From the NCBI GenBank assembly GCA_017499595.2, contig CM039009.1:1364001-1428000 (forward strand): a stretch of 64,000 nt of DNA, written 5' to 3'. Shown here piece after piece: positions 47,039 to 60,949 of the stretch. Numbering within the stretch: the stretch's first letter is position 1; the number at the start of each line of letters is the position of its first letter. Both the position numbers and the translations under genes were made by a program. The notes under the pieces were generated by a model. That model searched no databases, was not told where the DNA came from, and was given only the letters and a program-made list of their open reading frames with translations. This stretch comes from Psilocybe cubensis. Its lineage: Eukaryota.

Positions 47039-48420
47039 TGTAAATGGAGATGATAATTATACCGGGTGGTACGTAGAATAGAGAGTTCAACAAGTGCTGG
47101 TAGAACACGAGATAAAGGGCTAGAGAAGTACTCTTGCTGAAGACTATGGGCCATCTCTGCCCAAGTTAAATACCTTCACAGCGCAGTAAGGCTGACCAGT
47201 ATGAATGAAAATGTTGACCAGTGTCAACCACCTATAGCGATCCGGACGCGAGCAGGCGTCATTTTAATCCAGTTCAGCCTTGATATTGTATTGGATGCAG
47301 AAAGAGGCGCACAAAGCATATAGATTCCAGTCCAAAGCCATATTTCAATCGCGACTTCAATAAAATATCGCAACATTTTAGCGGAGACTTGAAGAAAAAG
47401 GCTACATCTCAATTCTGAAGCAGTCAGCCCAGTAGTCGTCAGGACATTTCGAAGGTGAGGTAAGCCTTGCCTCCATTTCGTTGCAGACCTAACATCCAGG
47501 ACATAAAAGCAAACACTTGACAGAAAACGAGCTATGGTAGATAGTAAAGCCAAAATTGCTTGGGTGCCATCGCAAAGGTGGCTCTGAGGATTGAGCCCCG
47601 GAATGTTTGACATTTTAGTACGCCTGCCAGTGAGCACGAAGGACACATTACCCCTAGTACCGAAGTAAAGACGCTGTAAGGCAAATTAGATGCGATACAT
47701 GAGAGCCACAGATAATGCAGTCAAAAGCATAAAAGAAAGTACCATCTTCCCGTAGGGCTAAACAAACTGAACCGGTAATGGCCGAAACACCAATCCGTGA
47801 CGCGACGCGTCAAGTTGTTTACTGTCACGTGATACTCTGATCGATCTATTTTAAGGATTGCAGAGGCATTCGGTTAGCTTTGGGTTCGCTAGAACACTAG
47901 AATTGCGTTTTGAATGCGTTAGTTTATTTTTTCAACATGTATCTCGTTGAGCTTTCTGTCTGCGCTCATATCTCTTGAAGTTATCTAGAGTTCATTGAAT
48001 CCACAAGTGCTCTTCACTTGAACTCTAACCCTCCGACTTACTACTACTAGTAAACGTAACCCTGTGATGGCGCTGTGAATGGGTAACCGTTGACGTACTC
48101 CGTCGAGAAGCTGTGCATTGACTCATTGTATTGCGCAGCAGCTGTTTGACTACCATCCTTTCATTTTTAAACCGCATTCTCTACCTCCACATCTTCCACC
48201 CTCACTGAGGTCAAGAACAGAGTCAGGGTATCACATAACTATGGAGAGTTTGAGCGAAGGCTCCGTGGCTAGGACTGAGTGAGTACCCTACCACATTAAC
48301 TCTAATAAGCCATCACTGTCCCCTAATTAATCAGAGGACGCTGCTAACTTCTCGAAATTTAGTGCGCGAGAGACACATAGTGACTCTGTTCCTATTCTCA
48401 TCAATATTCAAGGAGGTCAT

Positions 48421-49701
48421 ATGAATGACCATGATGAAGACGTTGCTCAGCATCCAATAAATGCATTGTACAACGATGAGATTATATACGATCCCCAAAG
48501 CACCAATTATCTAAGGAACCTCCACGCTTTTCTTATCGTCCAGGTTATTCTTCATGACCTCTTGCTTCAATTTGCATACGATAAAGGAACTAGAGTACCG
48601 TACAGGCATCTCTACCGTGCGGTTTATGTGGTCTCCGCCATCAACAGAGGTATCCTGTGGAACGTAGTATTATTCTCGGCGGGTTTTTCGATGTCAACAA
48701 CAATTATTATGACACTCCAAGGCCTATCGTTATCAGAGAATTGGCGCATCAGCCTCGGCGGCAAAACCACGTTACACAGTATTAGGGCACTGGCGTCCTT
48801 TACAGGAGCACAATTTTTCATTTTCTTGCTAATATCTGTCTTACTCCATTTTACCGTTGGCGGGAACAGCCTGATTCACGAATTCCTACCGCTCTGGGGC
48901 CCTTCACAATTCGTTCGTAGTCTTTCTCCAATCGAGGCTCTGTACTTCTTCATAAATTGGTCCGAGCTAGTAAAAAATATATTTGCACTTCCGACCACTC
49001 GTCCTCGACTATACCTGTGGTTATGCTACCTCCCTTTCCTACTTCTTTTCACCAGCATAATCCTTTCCATTGCTCATATCCAACTTACTTTCCCACTTCA
49101 CTGGTTCACTTACTTGCCATATCACAGTCTTCCGGCAGCGAATTCATTGCCTTTCTTTCTCCTAGCATATACATCAGGTGTAGTTTTTGCACACGTTGGA
49201 AGGCACATCGTATTATCCCCAGTTTTGGCTTATACCATTATCCTCATTTCTCTTTTATTGGGCTATTTCTCTTTGGGCTACTCCAACATCCTCTTGACAT
49301 CCTTCCCATATGCTCTTAATGTCAGCAATCCCTTCATTGTCTCCAGTTTCTTTCCGGACGAGAAATTTGACATACATACAGCTTTCTATGTTGTCTCCAA
49401 CACATTTACTTTTCTAGCACTCCCGGTATGCGTCATGAGCATATTTATGCAGTCCAAATGGGCGAGAAACAACTGGGGATACTGGACCACGAGCATATAT
49501 TTCACGACATATATTCGTTTGCTGCCGGTGCTACTGTCGGTATATTCCCTCAGGAATTTACCAAATCTCCTACTGAGTGCAATGGTGGGCATTGGTATGT
49601 TGTTTGGTGGTACATTTATTGCAACGGTGTCACTGCTCGTATTATGGAATCGATTCAGGAGGCCCCATGGTCCGATATTCTTGCCAGGAGATTCCGCATA
49701 G
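48421..49701 (+). CDS. Polytopic membrane protein of unknown function
   Basis: 426-aa intronless ORF with about 8-9 hydrophobic segments. Confidence 0.75.
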   Translation: MNDHDEDVAQHPINALYNDEIIYDPQSTNYLRNLHAFLIVQVILHDLLLQFAYDKGTRVPYRHLYRAVYVVSAINRGILWNVVLFSAGFSMSTTIIMTLQGLSLSENWRISLGGKTTLHSIRALASFTGAQFFIFLLISVLLHFTVGGNSLIHEFLPLWGPSQFVRSLSPIEALYFFINWSELVKNIFALPTTRPRLYLWLCYLPFLLLFTSIILSIAHIQLTFPLHWFTYLPYHSLPAANSLPFFLLAYTSGVVFAHVGRHIVLSPVLAYTIILISLLLGYFSLGYSNILLTSFPYALNVSNPFIVSSFFPDEKFDIHTAFYVVSNTFTFLALPVCVMSIFMQSKWARNNWGYWTTSIYFTTYIRLLPVLLSVYSLRNLPNLLLSAMVGIGMLFGGTFIATVSLLVLWNRFRRPHGPIFLPGDSA

Positions 49702-50170
49702 AATATTTTGTATGGTACGAAAAAATCAATGAGAAGGTTACCGGACTCGGCATATGGCTAGGTGGACTATAGGAAGAAGTGAAATGACGGAGTATATATA
49801 TCATTTCAGGCTGACAGTCCGCCGGAGTCCCGGGAGGCCATATTTTAATTGGTGGTATTGCTGGTATTGATTCAAGAAAATAATTGCTTGATGATTATAT
49901 CAACATAGATACGCTCATAAAAATACGATGAGATACATAGATAACATCTTGTGTTATGGCAAGCCTTCAAGTTAACCAGTGCACCAGCATCTGCCTAGTT
50001 GCTCTCCTCTCTAGCCTTGCTTGAACACGACACAGCCACCGTAAAATGAATGCCTATCGTGTATAACCATATCGGGTAGTAAGTTACTGGATTTGAATAG
50101 GGGTGGATTTGGCCGAAAGCAATGAAACAATATTACCAGGCATCGAAATCTTTCTTCATAACCACGCCCA

Positions 50171-51417
50171 ATGCAAAAAGGGCACAACGCTTTTACCACA
50201 CTTATAAGTTCCTCCAAAGAATCTCTAAAAAGTACATTCGAACGACGGCCCCTTCACCCGCTTCCTCCGAAACCTCCTTGCCTCTCTTCCAACACTGTCA
50301 ACATGCAACACGACCCGAGATTGAAACGAACCACGACGTCACTTTATCATAGACGGAGTTCCCCTATTAAAGTGGACAAAATAAGAGAGGAAAGGCCTGC
50401 GAACTCGCATCCTTTAGTACCAATCCCCAACGGTGCAGCAGTCAAAGCACCTGTCACTGTACCGACTGCACCTCCTAATCGCGAGGTGGAAAATATCCAA
50501 CATAGCGAGTATCAAATTGGTATTCTATAGCATTAGTATATACGCTAATCGTGTCTTTAGAGACTGACAGCTCGCCAATAATCGCAAACTCGCCCTTGAT
50601 GCAAGGTGCGCATACTCAGGACCCCCGTCTGCGAGGGCGCCTTTGTGAACCCGCACCCGCTAGCGCTCCGTCCAATTCTACAAAGATTTTGGTCACGCAC
50701 AGTCAGAGCACCATCCTGGACGGACCCTCATCTATAATCGGCCTCCTTGATCCTATCCAGCAACGTATTTCTTGTGATTATCAAAAAATGTATGAGATAC
50801 ACCAACGCAACTTCGTGGACTACCAGCAAGACAACGAACGGCGACATGTCGAGGCTGGGAGAAGATACGATGATCTTCAGGAGAAGCTCGTGGACGTCGA
50901 AAAGCTTAGATCGGAAGAGAAAGGGCGCTGGGAGGCCGAAAAGAAGGAGCTTACGAAACGATTAGATCATTGCAAAGCATCGTACACCGGACAACTTGAA
51001 GAGAAGAAGACCCGCATCGTACAATTGGAAAATGATAAAGGAGTCCTTGCGCAGCAGCTCAAGCAGTCCTTTATCGACAGAAATTCCATTGTGGCTAAGC
51101 TTGAAGAGGAGAAACGTGACTGGGAAGTGGAGCGCAAGATCTTAATGGAGAATTTGGAAACTTGCAAACAGGATGCGATGGCGAGTGCGGAGATGTTTGA
51201 ACAAGAACGCGCTAACCATGCCGAAACGCTGCGCAAGTTCGATAAAGAGACGCAACAACTGAGGCATGAAAAGACGATCTTGACGTCACGCTTGAAGGAC
51301 GAACGGATCGCCAGAGAAGGGATGATCACCGCGATGAGACTCAGTGGACGTGACGAACGAGAGGCCGCGAAGTTTATTGAAGAAGAGAGGGAACGCAAGA
51401 GGTTGCGTCTCGGTTGA
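50171..51417 (+). CDS. Coiled-coil hypothetical protein, two or more exons
   Basis: ORFs 50171-50530 and 50551-51417; E/K/R-rich heptad C-terminus. Confidence 0.65.
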
Positions 51418-51981
51418 TATAGGTCGACCAGTTTAATACCCTTAGTTTCGTTCTGGATCCATTTGTATTCCCCAAACTGTGTAGTTTATTATTTGTAGCA
51501 ATTGACGCTTTGAGCAAACCTCGTCGTATCGAGCAGCAATGGGTTTTGGTATCCCAAGTAAGGGCACAAAAGCTTGAGCAAGACATTACGCGAGCTCACA
51601 ACGCCGGCATTAAAAATTTAAGGTTTTGCATTGCAGTCAGAAAAGAAAACGCCTTGTTCGCTCCTTGAATTTTCCTGACGAGCAATCAATGAGCATTACT
51701 ATCTTCCTTTGCGGATATTCATGGCTGGTTGGTTGAAAAAAGGTTCCAGAACAGTTTGGAGTTTCCACATGGCCTTGGATGGAGACGAGCTTTCACAGGA
51801 AAAATGTGAAAAGGAGAGAAAGGCAAGAGACGTGTTGGGCGTCCATCGTGCGATTTGTCAGATAGATTAGTCAGCCTAAGCCGAAACAAATTTTGGCGGC
51901 GTTGAGGAACTAGTGACGCGCATTCCCGGGATCTCCTATTCCTTCTCCACCCACCACCAACTCCAGCATTAAAAAGCCACA

Positions 51982-54614
51982 ATGGCTCCCATTTCTACTC
52001 CAGATGCCGCCTCTCCATCCATTATTGAGCGCGTTCAAGATTTTGTCGGCGAGCACAAGAAAACCATTGCCATTGCAGCGGCAGCAGTCGCCGTGGCTGG
52101 AGTTGGTGTAGCTTACTATGCGTCCACTTCCAAACCTGCCGCCGGTGGGGGTGCTGGTGATGCAGTCAAGTCAAAGGAGAAGAAGAAGAAGACTGGAAGT
52201 AAAGGCGCTAAAAAGGGCTCCAAGAAGACTAATGACGCCGACGGGCCTATTCTAGAGGAGAGAAAACCTAAGTCTGCAAAAGTCGAGGATGAAAAGAGTG
52301 GTGCGTTCATGTTTTGTTCCCTTTCGCGCGTTACTTTGGCGTGTTTCTTAATCTCCTTGTCTATTTTAACGCCAACCACGAGGCTAACTGTTTCCCAAAT
52401 TTCCTAGACACATACTATGACAAACTGAGCGCAGAGGAGATTGCCTCCTTGCCCGAACAGGTTTGTGCATACCTTTACATTCATTTGATCCGTTATAAAC
52501 GAACGCACGCCCAATTCATTCATGATTAATCCTTTTCCCAACCTTTTGCCAACCATACTGACTTCGGTTTGCAGGAACGATCTTCTATCGCCACCTCACT
52601 AAAAGCTCGGGGTAATGCTGCCTATCAAGCGCGCAATTTCAACGACGCAGCCGAATTCTACACGCGCGCTATCCAAATCTCCCCCACCCCAGAACCTGTC
52701 TTTTACAGTAACCGTGCTGCCTGTAAGTTCAACTGAGGTTTGCCTTTTCTGAAGCGAACACTGTGGTAACGTACACTTCCTTCAGGCTATGTCAACATGT
52801 CACCTCCAAAACACGAACTCGTCGTTGAAGATTGCGATTCTGCTCTCAAACTTGACCCTAAATACATCAAAGCTCTCAATAGACGTGCTATGGCACTGGA
52901 GGGACTAGGAAGACTAGAGGAGTCCTTGAGAGGTAAGTCTTACCTTCGGTTTGTTTGAGTCCCATTTTATGACTTGATGATGCTCTAGACTTTACATCTG
53001 CCACCATCCTCGACAGATTCCAGAACCAGACCACAGCCAATGCCGTTGAGAGGGTATTGAAGGTACTAGCTACTGAAAAGGCTGCGGCCATCATGAAGGT
53101 GCAACATTTTTTTTTGTTTGGCTTTGTTCATGTACTCATTCAGTGAGTCTGCCTGACAGGAACGGGAACCAAGACTGCCATCCTACACATTCATTTCAGC
53201 ATACTTCGCTGCATTCCGACCACGTATGTGCACGTCGTCTCATCGTAGATTTCGAAGGCTTATCGCTTCCCTTTCCAGGCGCCCTACCTACATTGCCCGA
53301 AAACCCAACAACGGGAGACCAAACTCTGCTGCTAGGAATGCAGGCTCTGGAAGCAGCTGATTACGTCCACGCTGTTACGCTCATCAATGAGTCCATCGAG
53401 CAAGGCATTTCATGGGACAAGGGACGCGCTGAGGCCCTTAACCTGCGTGGTACATTCAAGTAAGGAGCTCAACCAATTGAACGCGTTAATTTGCTAATAA
53501 CGCAACTTTCCCTTTCATTTTCTTTCTTGTTAATCACCCTATCAGATTCCTGATGGGCGAAATACCCGGAGCGAAGGCCGACTTGGAAGAGTCCGTCAAA
53601 CTCGAGCCCACCTTTACCCAGAGCTTGGTGAAGATTGCCAGCGTGCATATGGAGCAGGGTGACCCCAAAGCCGCTTTTGAGGCATTCGAACAGGCGGAGA
53701 AGGCTAACAGCAGTGATCCTGATGTGTGGTATCACCGTGGACAAGGTACGCCATTATGAACACACGACAAATTGTAACTAAAAGTTCCCTTTGTTCTTTT
53801 ATGATAGTCCTATTCATTATGAACGAGTTCCAGCAAGCTGCTGATAACTACACCAAATCTACAGAATTGGACGAAAACTTCGTGTTCAGCCATATCCAAC
53901 TAGCTGTTGCTCAATACAAAATGGGCGAGCTGGCTAAGAGTATGGCCACTTTCAGGAAGACTTTGAGGTTGTTCCCTACCAGGAGCGAGCCTAGCAATTA
54001 TTAGTGAGTTAACTAGCCGTATCGCCTATTATCATTACTAATTTTGTCGTCTCCCTTTAGTGGCGAACTTTTGTTGGATCAACAACGATTTGAAGAAGCA
54101 GTGGAGAAATTCGATAGGGCTATCGAGCTCGAGAAGAACAAGTACGCTTGATTTTTACAAATGTGTTTGTGACAACTTTTCTAACGTCTGGTCGCCTCAG
54201 AACTCCATCTAACGTTCTTCCACTTGTCAACAAGGGCCTTGCCCTCTACCAATGGAAACAGGACATTGGCGCTGCAGAGCGATGCTGCAATGAGGCTCTG
54301 CGGATCGACACAGAGTGTGAGGCCGCTGTTGCGACACTCGCGCAACTGAGCTTGCAACAAAGCAAAATCCCCGAAGCCGTCAAGATGTTCGAGCGCCAAG
54401 CCGAACTTGCAAGGAGCGAGCCAGAGCTGGTCAGCGCGTTGACGTATCAATATGTGAGTACTTCTGTGTTCTGGTAATATTTTTCTATCGTGGCTGATTG
54501 TCCCCGTGCTTTTCCCTATAGGCTACATCTGCGCAAGTCGAATTCTTGAAGACCTATCCGGATATGGCTGCCCAGTTGAATGCAATCGCTCAGGGCATGA
54601 TGGGCCCACAGTAA
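51982..54614 (+). CDS. TOM70: Mitochondrial import receptor Tom70, multi-exon
   Basis: N-terminal anchor [15 protein letters not shown] plus basic linker; TPR motifs [51 protein letters not shown]; stop at 54614. Confidence 0.95.
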
Positions 54615-55926
54615 TCGATTTTGGGTGTTTTGAAAGGATTATTTACGCTTCATTAATGATTGACCTGGGGCAATCTTTTCCTTTTTTTTCACTAGACTTT
54701 GAGCGTGTTTTGCTTTCATATCTGTTTTCTTTTTTTATGTAGGTTCACTTCTCACTTTATTGACATCTACCCCACCTCCGCCACTTATTAATGTCCCACC
54801 TATGCTTTATGGTATGCGTTATTTAAATATACAAAGTTAGGTGATGCTTGTAAAGCAGTGACACGCACTGCACGAGGTGATCAAATCGTTGGAATCTTGA
54901 AACACCAAAGAGGTCAGGATTCAAAGAGAGATTGTTGCAAGTTGCGACTAGCTGTTTCGGTGTTGCACAAGTATTCAATATAAAAGATGATTATCTCTGC
55001 ATACATGTGCTTACAGCTATTTTCATATCGATAGGCCCAACATCAAAATATATTCATACAGTCGGCCTTGAATTTTTGCGTAACCGAGTTACATAAGGAA
55101 TGCTCCGATGTTGAGTTTATGTCAAACTATGGTACGATCTGGCAGCAAAGCGTCGACATGCCTTTCAGTTTGAGAAGGGAATGGCTTTAGGCGTGCTGAT
55201 AATGTGGTGGTATCGACATTCGTTCTCATAGCTCAACTTTTTGTAAATACTCATTGACGATTTTGCGAGTTTCCGTGATTTTGCCGTCTTCAAATTTTAT
55301 GTTCCGCTTAATAAAATTCGTTGTCCGTGTATGTGTAAATTTAGGGAATAGGTCTATCGATATGAAAATAGCTATAATGATGTTGAAGTTTCCTCGAACT
55401 CGAAGGAGCCCCCCGAAATTCAAGCTTCCGAATCCATGGCGCACGAACCATCGGAGTTCCAGACTCCAGTCGCAGTTATCATCCATGTTTGATCAGCGAG
55501 GGGCTGCTGAAGTACCTCAAAGTATATAATAAAAATAAAATACAAAATATTCTGGGATGCTTTTGCTGTGGGACAGCACTACAGAATCGCCTACAGATAT
55601 TTGAGCTACATCTGTAAATTTACCCAAGAAAAGGGATAGGAAGCAAGTCGCTCGAACAGCGAGAATGCACGTTCGGCACTGAATCCGAATCGGAGATTTG
55701 AATCGTTTTGACTGCCGAACAGTTCCCACGGACCTTAATATTTTTTGGTGAATCTGATCCATTCACAATCACTCTCTTGAAAGGTCAATTTTACACCTCA
55801 TTTCAAACCAAACCCCTGCTTCGTATTCAGAGGATGATAGGGGACGCGCAGCATACAGGCCAAGATGATAGTAGTTCCCGCAGTACGTATCGGCCATAGG
55901 GACATGTCCTCTACTTTTACCTCGTA

Positions 55927-57255
55927 TTGATCTACATAGGTTCAACCCCAGACATCACATTTCTAATTCCAATAGATTCTTTGCCGCCTGTTCTGCCTTC
56001 CGAAATGGTGAACAATATAGAACATACCAAGAAGCGGAAAGCGTCCTCTTCTCCGCCTCTGTCTCCTGGGTCGTCCCGCGCTCACAAATCAAAGAAGCAG
56101 AGGATCTCTGGCTCTGAACCATGTCTGTCGGGGAAGCAGCAGAATGACAATACAGGATCTAAAACGGGGGACTTTGGCACATCAAGGAATGCAAAAGAGC
56201 AGAAATCAGGGTCCAAAAAATCGAATAAAAAGGCTTCAGATGATGGGCCTTTCCTTTTTATAACGGGCACAGTGGATACGATCATTTATACGCCCCCAAA
56301 GCGAAAGTGCTTGAGAGTAAACGAGCCGCTAGAAAGCCCGGCGGTGAATACTTTGCAACCCCCGAAATCGTCTACTTCAACCTTAGATGATCTCAAAGAC
56401 ATATCCACGCACAAACTAGGGATGGCCATAAATACAAACACATTGGAACCAAATATTCTTTATGGAAATGACTCGGTACAGATACTAGGCATACAGTCGG
56501 AAGGGCCTCCTCTTCGCCATACTATTATCCCAAAAACTCAAGATATACAAGGTCGTGAGGAGCCCGAGCATATCGTTGTAGTTCCCGAAGCCCCATCTGG
56601 GCCTGACTCACAAAATCTTCCCGAGAATACTACGGACAAACAGGACTCGCTTGATGCATCGCTGCAAACATCGACACCACAGCGCAGCTGTAATGAACAG
56701 TCACGATTAAGATCAAGCTCTATCCAGGCTGAAACTCCTCTCGTTAAAGAAGCAAATGTCCACGAATCTCTTGCCGACGTTGAAAACACGAGTAGTGATG
56801 AAAACGGAAGCAAAAACATGCCTTTTGAATCGGAGAGAACTGAACACGAAGCTTTGGTCGGTGCAACAATGGAGAAAGTAATAGAAAAAGGTGCAGATGA
56901 ACTGATGGCTGTATTCCTTTCTGCGATGGAAGATTCAAAGAATATTAGAGTCGAGATGGTAGAAAAAGGCACACAAACTCTAAACCACGAGACGATAATC
57001 AGTCCGACCAATGGCTCAAATTCGAATCCCATAATCCGACACACAACAGCCTCTGATTCGACTGTCTACGCTCTCGAAAAAGAGCTTTCTATGCTCAAGG
57101 ATAAGGTGGTTGTGAAGGAGCGAAATGAAATTTGGATGCTCAATCGAGTGAAGACTCTGCAAGACGCGTTGGAGCGGGTGAGAGAAGAGATGAGGGTGTT
57201 GGAGGAAGAAAGGGAGGTTTTGCGAAACTTCAAGAAGGCAGATACACTGGCATAA
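55927..57255 (+). CDS. Low-complexity hypothetical protein with C-terminal coiled coil; upstream exons likely
   Basis: 442-aa ORF, NLS-like KKRK, C-terminal heptads. Confidence 0.6.
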   Translation: MIYIGSTPDITFLIPIDSLPPVLPSEMVNNIEHTKKRKASSSPPLSPGSSRAHKSKKQRISGSEPCLSGKQQNDNTGSKTGDFGTSRNAKEQKSGSKKSNKKASDDGPFLFITGTVDTIIYTPPKRKCLRVNEPLESPAVNTLQPPKSSTSTLDDLKDISTHKLGMAINTNTLEPNILYGNDSVQILGIQSEGPPLRHTIIPKTQDIQGREEPEHIVVVPEAPSGPDSQNLPENTTDKQDSLDASLQTSTPQRSCNEQSRLRSSSIQAETPLVKEANVHESLADVENTSSDENGSKNMPFESERTEHEALVGATMEKVIEKGADELMAVFLSAMEDSKNIRVEMVEKGTQTLNHETIISPTNGSNSNPIIRHTTASDSTVYALEKELSMLKDKVVVKERNEIWMLNRVKTLQDALERVREEMRVLEEEREVLRNFKKADTLA

Positions 57256-57699
57256 GTCAATCATGATGTGGAATATAGCGTGTTCTAGTTCTCATAGAAC
57301 ACACCCTGTATGTACGATCGTTATTGCCATCGGAGCTCCGGTTCGATTCTGAGTCGTAATGGATACTGATGTGTGCTCATTGTTCATTACAGCACTTGTG
57401 TGCAACGACGTGTGAACGCACTAGTTTTATCGCTTTCGTGCTGGTTTTTTCAGAATTCAAAATCCCGTTCTCACAAGATATAAAAAAGTCATTGTTCTGT
57501 CTGTGTGCACCTAGTGGGAAATCACGAATGATCAGCTATCGCGAAACGATGATTCTTCCTGCTCATTGTCCATTGTACATCTAGAGAGATAAAGGTGTAT
57601 CGGAAGGAATATGGCTGCCAACGATTGATCGATAACAAAGAAGATCACACTAAAACCGCGGTGTAATTCGTTTAAATAGTAGCTGGTCTACCAACCTCG

Positions 57700-58400
57700 A
57701 TGTCCCAGGACTTCACTCCCAATCATATATCCGAACTTACGTCAAGTATGAGTCAAATTTTGCAACTCGACTTAGAGCCCTGCGAGAATAATTCCAAACC
57801 GCGTACAATTTTCATCAATTGCGAAGGAAAGTCTCGGGTACAAGTTCGGGAAGAGGCAGAGGAGAAGATGGCAGAACATTGGGGGGTCCCAATGGAGAGA
57901 TTTACGCGCATGCTGCCTGTTCCTGTGTTGGAATTCAAAATCAAAACTTCTGAAGAAGCGGGTGGTGGGGAGGCCCTCAACTTTCTCATACTGCAAAGTA
58001 AACACTAACTCCTTTGGCATACAGAAGGACTTGATGCGAATGCGATTATGGAGGCATTTATTTTTCCGGATTCCTGGAAGAGCGGACGCCGAATGGTCAA
58101 AGTCATTAAACCCACTTTTCCAGCCGGCGAGAAGGAGGTTGACTCGACTCACGACCACGCGTCAGGCAACGAGGAAGGTGGGTTTTTGGGTATACCATAT
58201 ATTTTCCAGTGTAACACGTGTGTCAGTAGCCGCAGTCAACGACACAAAAGGGAAGCAGAGAGCAAGCTCAGGCACTGCTTTACCAGACGGTGAAGGGGCA
58301 ATGTGTTATCTGCAACTAGATACAATTGTACTGATATCAGTGTGTAGGCGATATGTCAGAAGAGGAAAGGATGCTCGAGGGCGCTTTGGCTTTATTGTCT
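57700..58400 (+). CDS. Small multi-exon hypothetical protein
   Basis: ORF 57700-58008 with a GTAAAC..CTAAC..CAG intron leading into ORF 58048-58293. End uncertain. Confidence 0.4.
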
Positions 58401-58849
58401 TTGGGAAAGTAGGCACTTGAACTTCGTTTCTCTTAATCAACTTGCCGAGCAAATGATGTTCCGAATTTGTTTGTTGATTCTCCCGTCTCCTACGGCCTCT
58501 GCGCCCATTAAATTAATAACTGGAACCATGTACACAGATGTGTCTGTACATGCTCTCGGACTTCATTTTAAATGAGAGGAACTCGACCGCAGTCCTAAAA
58601 TAATATCGGCATAAAGTACGGAGGAGATGTCCGGAAGCACACCAAGATAAAATAATGCAGAAATGACTCGACAGACTTGAACAGCCATAGATGAAGACCC
58701 TAACTGCCAGAAAGAGGTACTCAAGGAAGCTAGAGAAGCTGGAAGACAACGTGCCCAGCATCAAGAGAATATCGGAGGAAATATAACTGTCACTGAGTTT
58801 CAATCGATAACAATTGGTTGAGGAACTAGGGTATATTGACTCTTGCACA

Positions 58850-60226
58850 GTTTCCGACGCTGCAGAGAATACAGGAACACTTGCAAGCTTAGACCCCGAA
58901 CAGGTACTATCACATCCATTACCATCCTAGGGCACAGTTTTAACGAGGTCGCTATGTGTGTTTAGATTACAGGTGTATCCGACCCATCTAGGAGTCGTCT
59001 TACAGGGTCAAATTTACTAATGGACCGCCAACTACCTGAAAAGGATACTTCGAGCCTGGAACAACTGTCTGTACAATCAGATCTTGCCTACAATGATGCT
59101 ATACGGGACGCTTTCGATGCTCCCGCTGCGCCCACTGCTCCAGTAGTTCTCACGCGCAGTGAAAAGTTACAGATGGCGGTTAAGCAAACTTACGAGCGGA
59201 AACATGATTTAACGCGCAACGCAAAACAAGTTGAAGAGGGCTGGGTGAAAGCGAACGAGGTGAGGGAGAAAGCGGATGCGGATGCGGAAAGCCTGAGGGA
59301 TAAAGCTGAAGCAGCCAAAGCTGAAATCTGGGCCACAATAAGGCGGATGGAGGCCGTGCTCAAGAGGATAGAGGCAGACAGAGCCGCAGACAGGGCTAAA
59401 GCAGAGGAAGACAGGGTTAAAGCAGAGGCAGACAGGGCTAAAGCAGAGGAAGACAGGGCTAAAGCAGAGGCAGTCAGGGCTAAAGCAGAAGCAGACAGAG
59501 CCGCAGAAAGGGCCAAAATCAAGAGCCTGGAGGCAAAATTTGCGACGCTCGATTCCGAAGTTAAGATGCTCAAGTCGAAAGTTGAGGTGCTGGAGTTTGA
59601 AAAGGCAAATGTTGAAGCCAGGCTGCGAGCCCACACCCAGGATATCGATTTGGTATTTGGGATGGCAAAAGAAGTTGCACAATATGTGGCTAGTCAAGTA
59701 CATTGATCTGAATGACTATCTTTATTGCTGCTGATCATACCTATCTTGCCTGCTCAAAGGATTCACTCTGGATGAACCGCATTCGCCGCCGGGCGATTGT
59801 CATCAACTCACAAGAGGTCCTGGCAAGAATTCTTCTTCCAGGTTCTCCACCTGATAATAAGAATCCTCCACCAGACTCTAAGACATGGAGAAATATGCTC
59901 GAGTTGGAAGTTAGCAAGTCAGACACCCAAGGAAGAGTTAAACATGTTGAAAAACTCTTATCAAAGTTTCACAGGGTAAACTCTCCTTCACAAAGACCTT
60001 GATTAACACCCTCATGACAGATGACCTTGCTATGCAATGGATATCCGAAGACTTTGGGGAGTTTAGGGATCTTGGAAACGATGCCGCACATCCCAAATAC
60101 AGCAAAAAGGTCTGGCAGGAAGTCATTGATCACATGAGCATTGAAAACCAGATCGATGAAGAGGAAAAGAGGAGCCTGGGGGTCCTTGTGAATGTAACCT
60201 CGTACTTCAAGAATGAATACCTCTAA
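58850..60226 (+). CDS. Coiled-coil protein with AEADRAK heptads, paralogue A; start upstream and unresolved
   Basis: ORFs 59020, 59712 and 59999. EARLRAHT.DID, RIRRRAIV, NDAAHP motifs are shared with paralogue B. Confidence 0.65.
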
Positions 60227-60949
60227 CAATCTTGTTGATTTTTCTTCTTTCCCTTTTCTATTTGCATTCTTATCTTAATGATGTAGTCTCATTTGTACCC
60301 GCTAGCGTGTCACATGTAAAATATTGCAATCGGAGGAAGGACTAGTTCATAGTCTTCCTCATCTGCGAATATTATCCTTTTGTTTGCCGCTACGCACCGC
60401 CCGAAGCCATGAGAGGGTCACTCTAATCGCTAAGGCTGAACATCCATACCTGCTCCCCCGTGAAAGGGAGACTGCAACCCATAGCCTGGGTTACAGGTCA
60501 TTGACAGTAATAGGACTGAGGCCATTGTAAATGGTGGTAGAACCTAGAGTTCACAACCGTAGCGGTAGGACCGACTGCAGAAGTCCACGAACTTGAACGA
60601 AGCACCGAGGCTTCACACCGCCTTACAAATAGTTATTATAACACAGATCAAACCCCAGTAAAAGTTCGAGGTCACTGTTTAACTCATCGATATTCAATTG
60701 TGAATGCTGGATTAATGAAATTTTGCTTTGCCAAGGCTGGAGTACCTGGAAGAAAACCAACGGCAACTCGTGCGTGACAAGGCCTCCTTTTCGTTACCAG
60801 CTGTGACGCCGATGCAGTGTTACCTCTCGCCTAAAGGCCTCACTGGTTTGAAGTGAGTCACTTCAAACCTTCAAACTTTTTTAGTTCCGAAACTGGAGTG
60901 CAAGAAAAAGACTCTTGACTGACATCATCCCTGCAAATCTAACGCGTAC

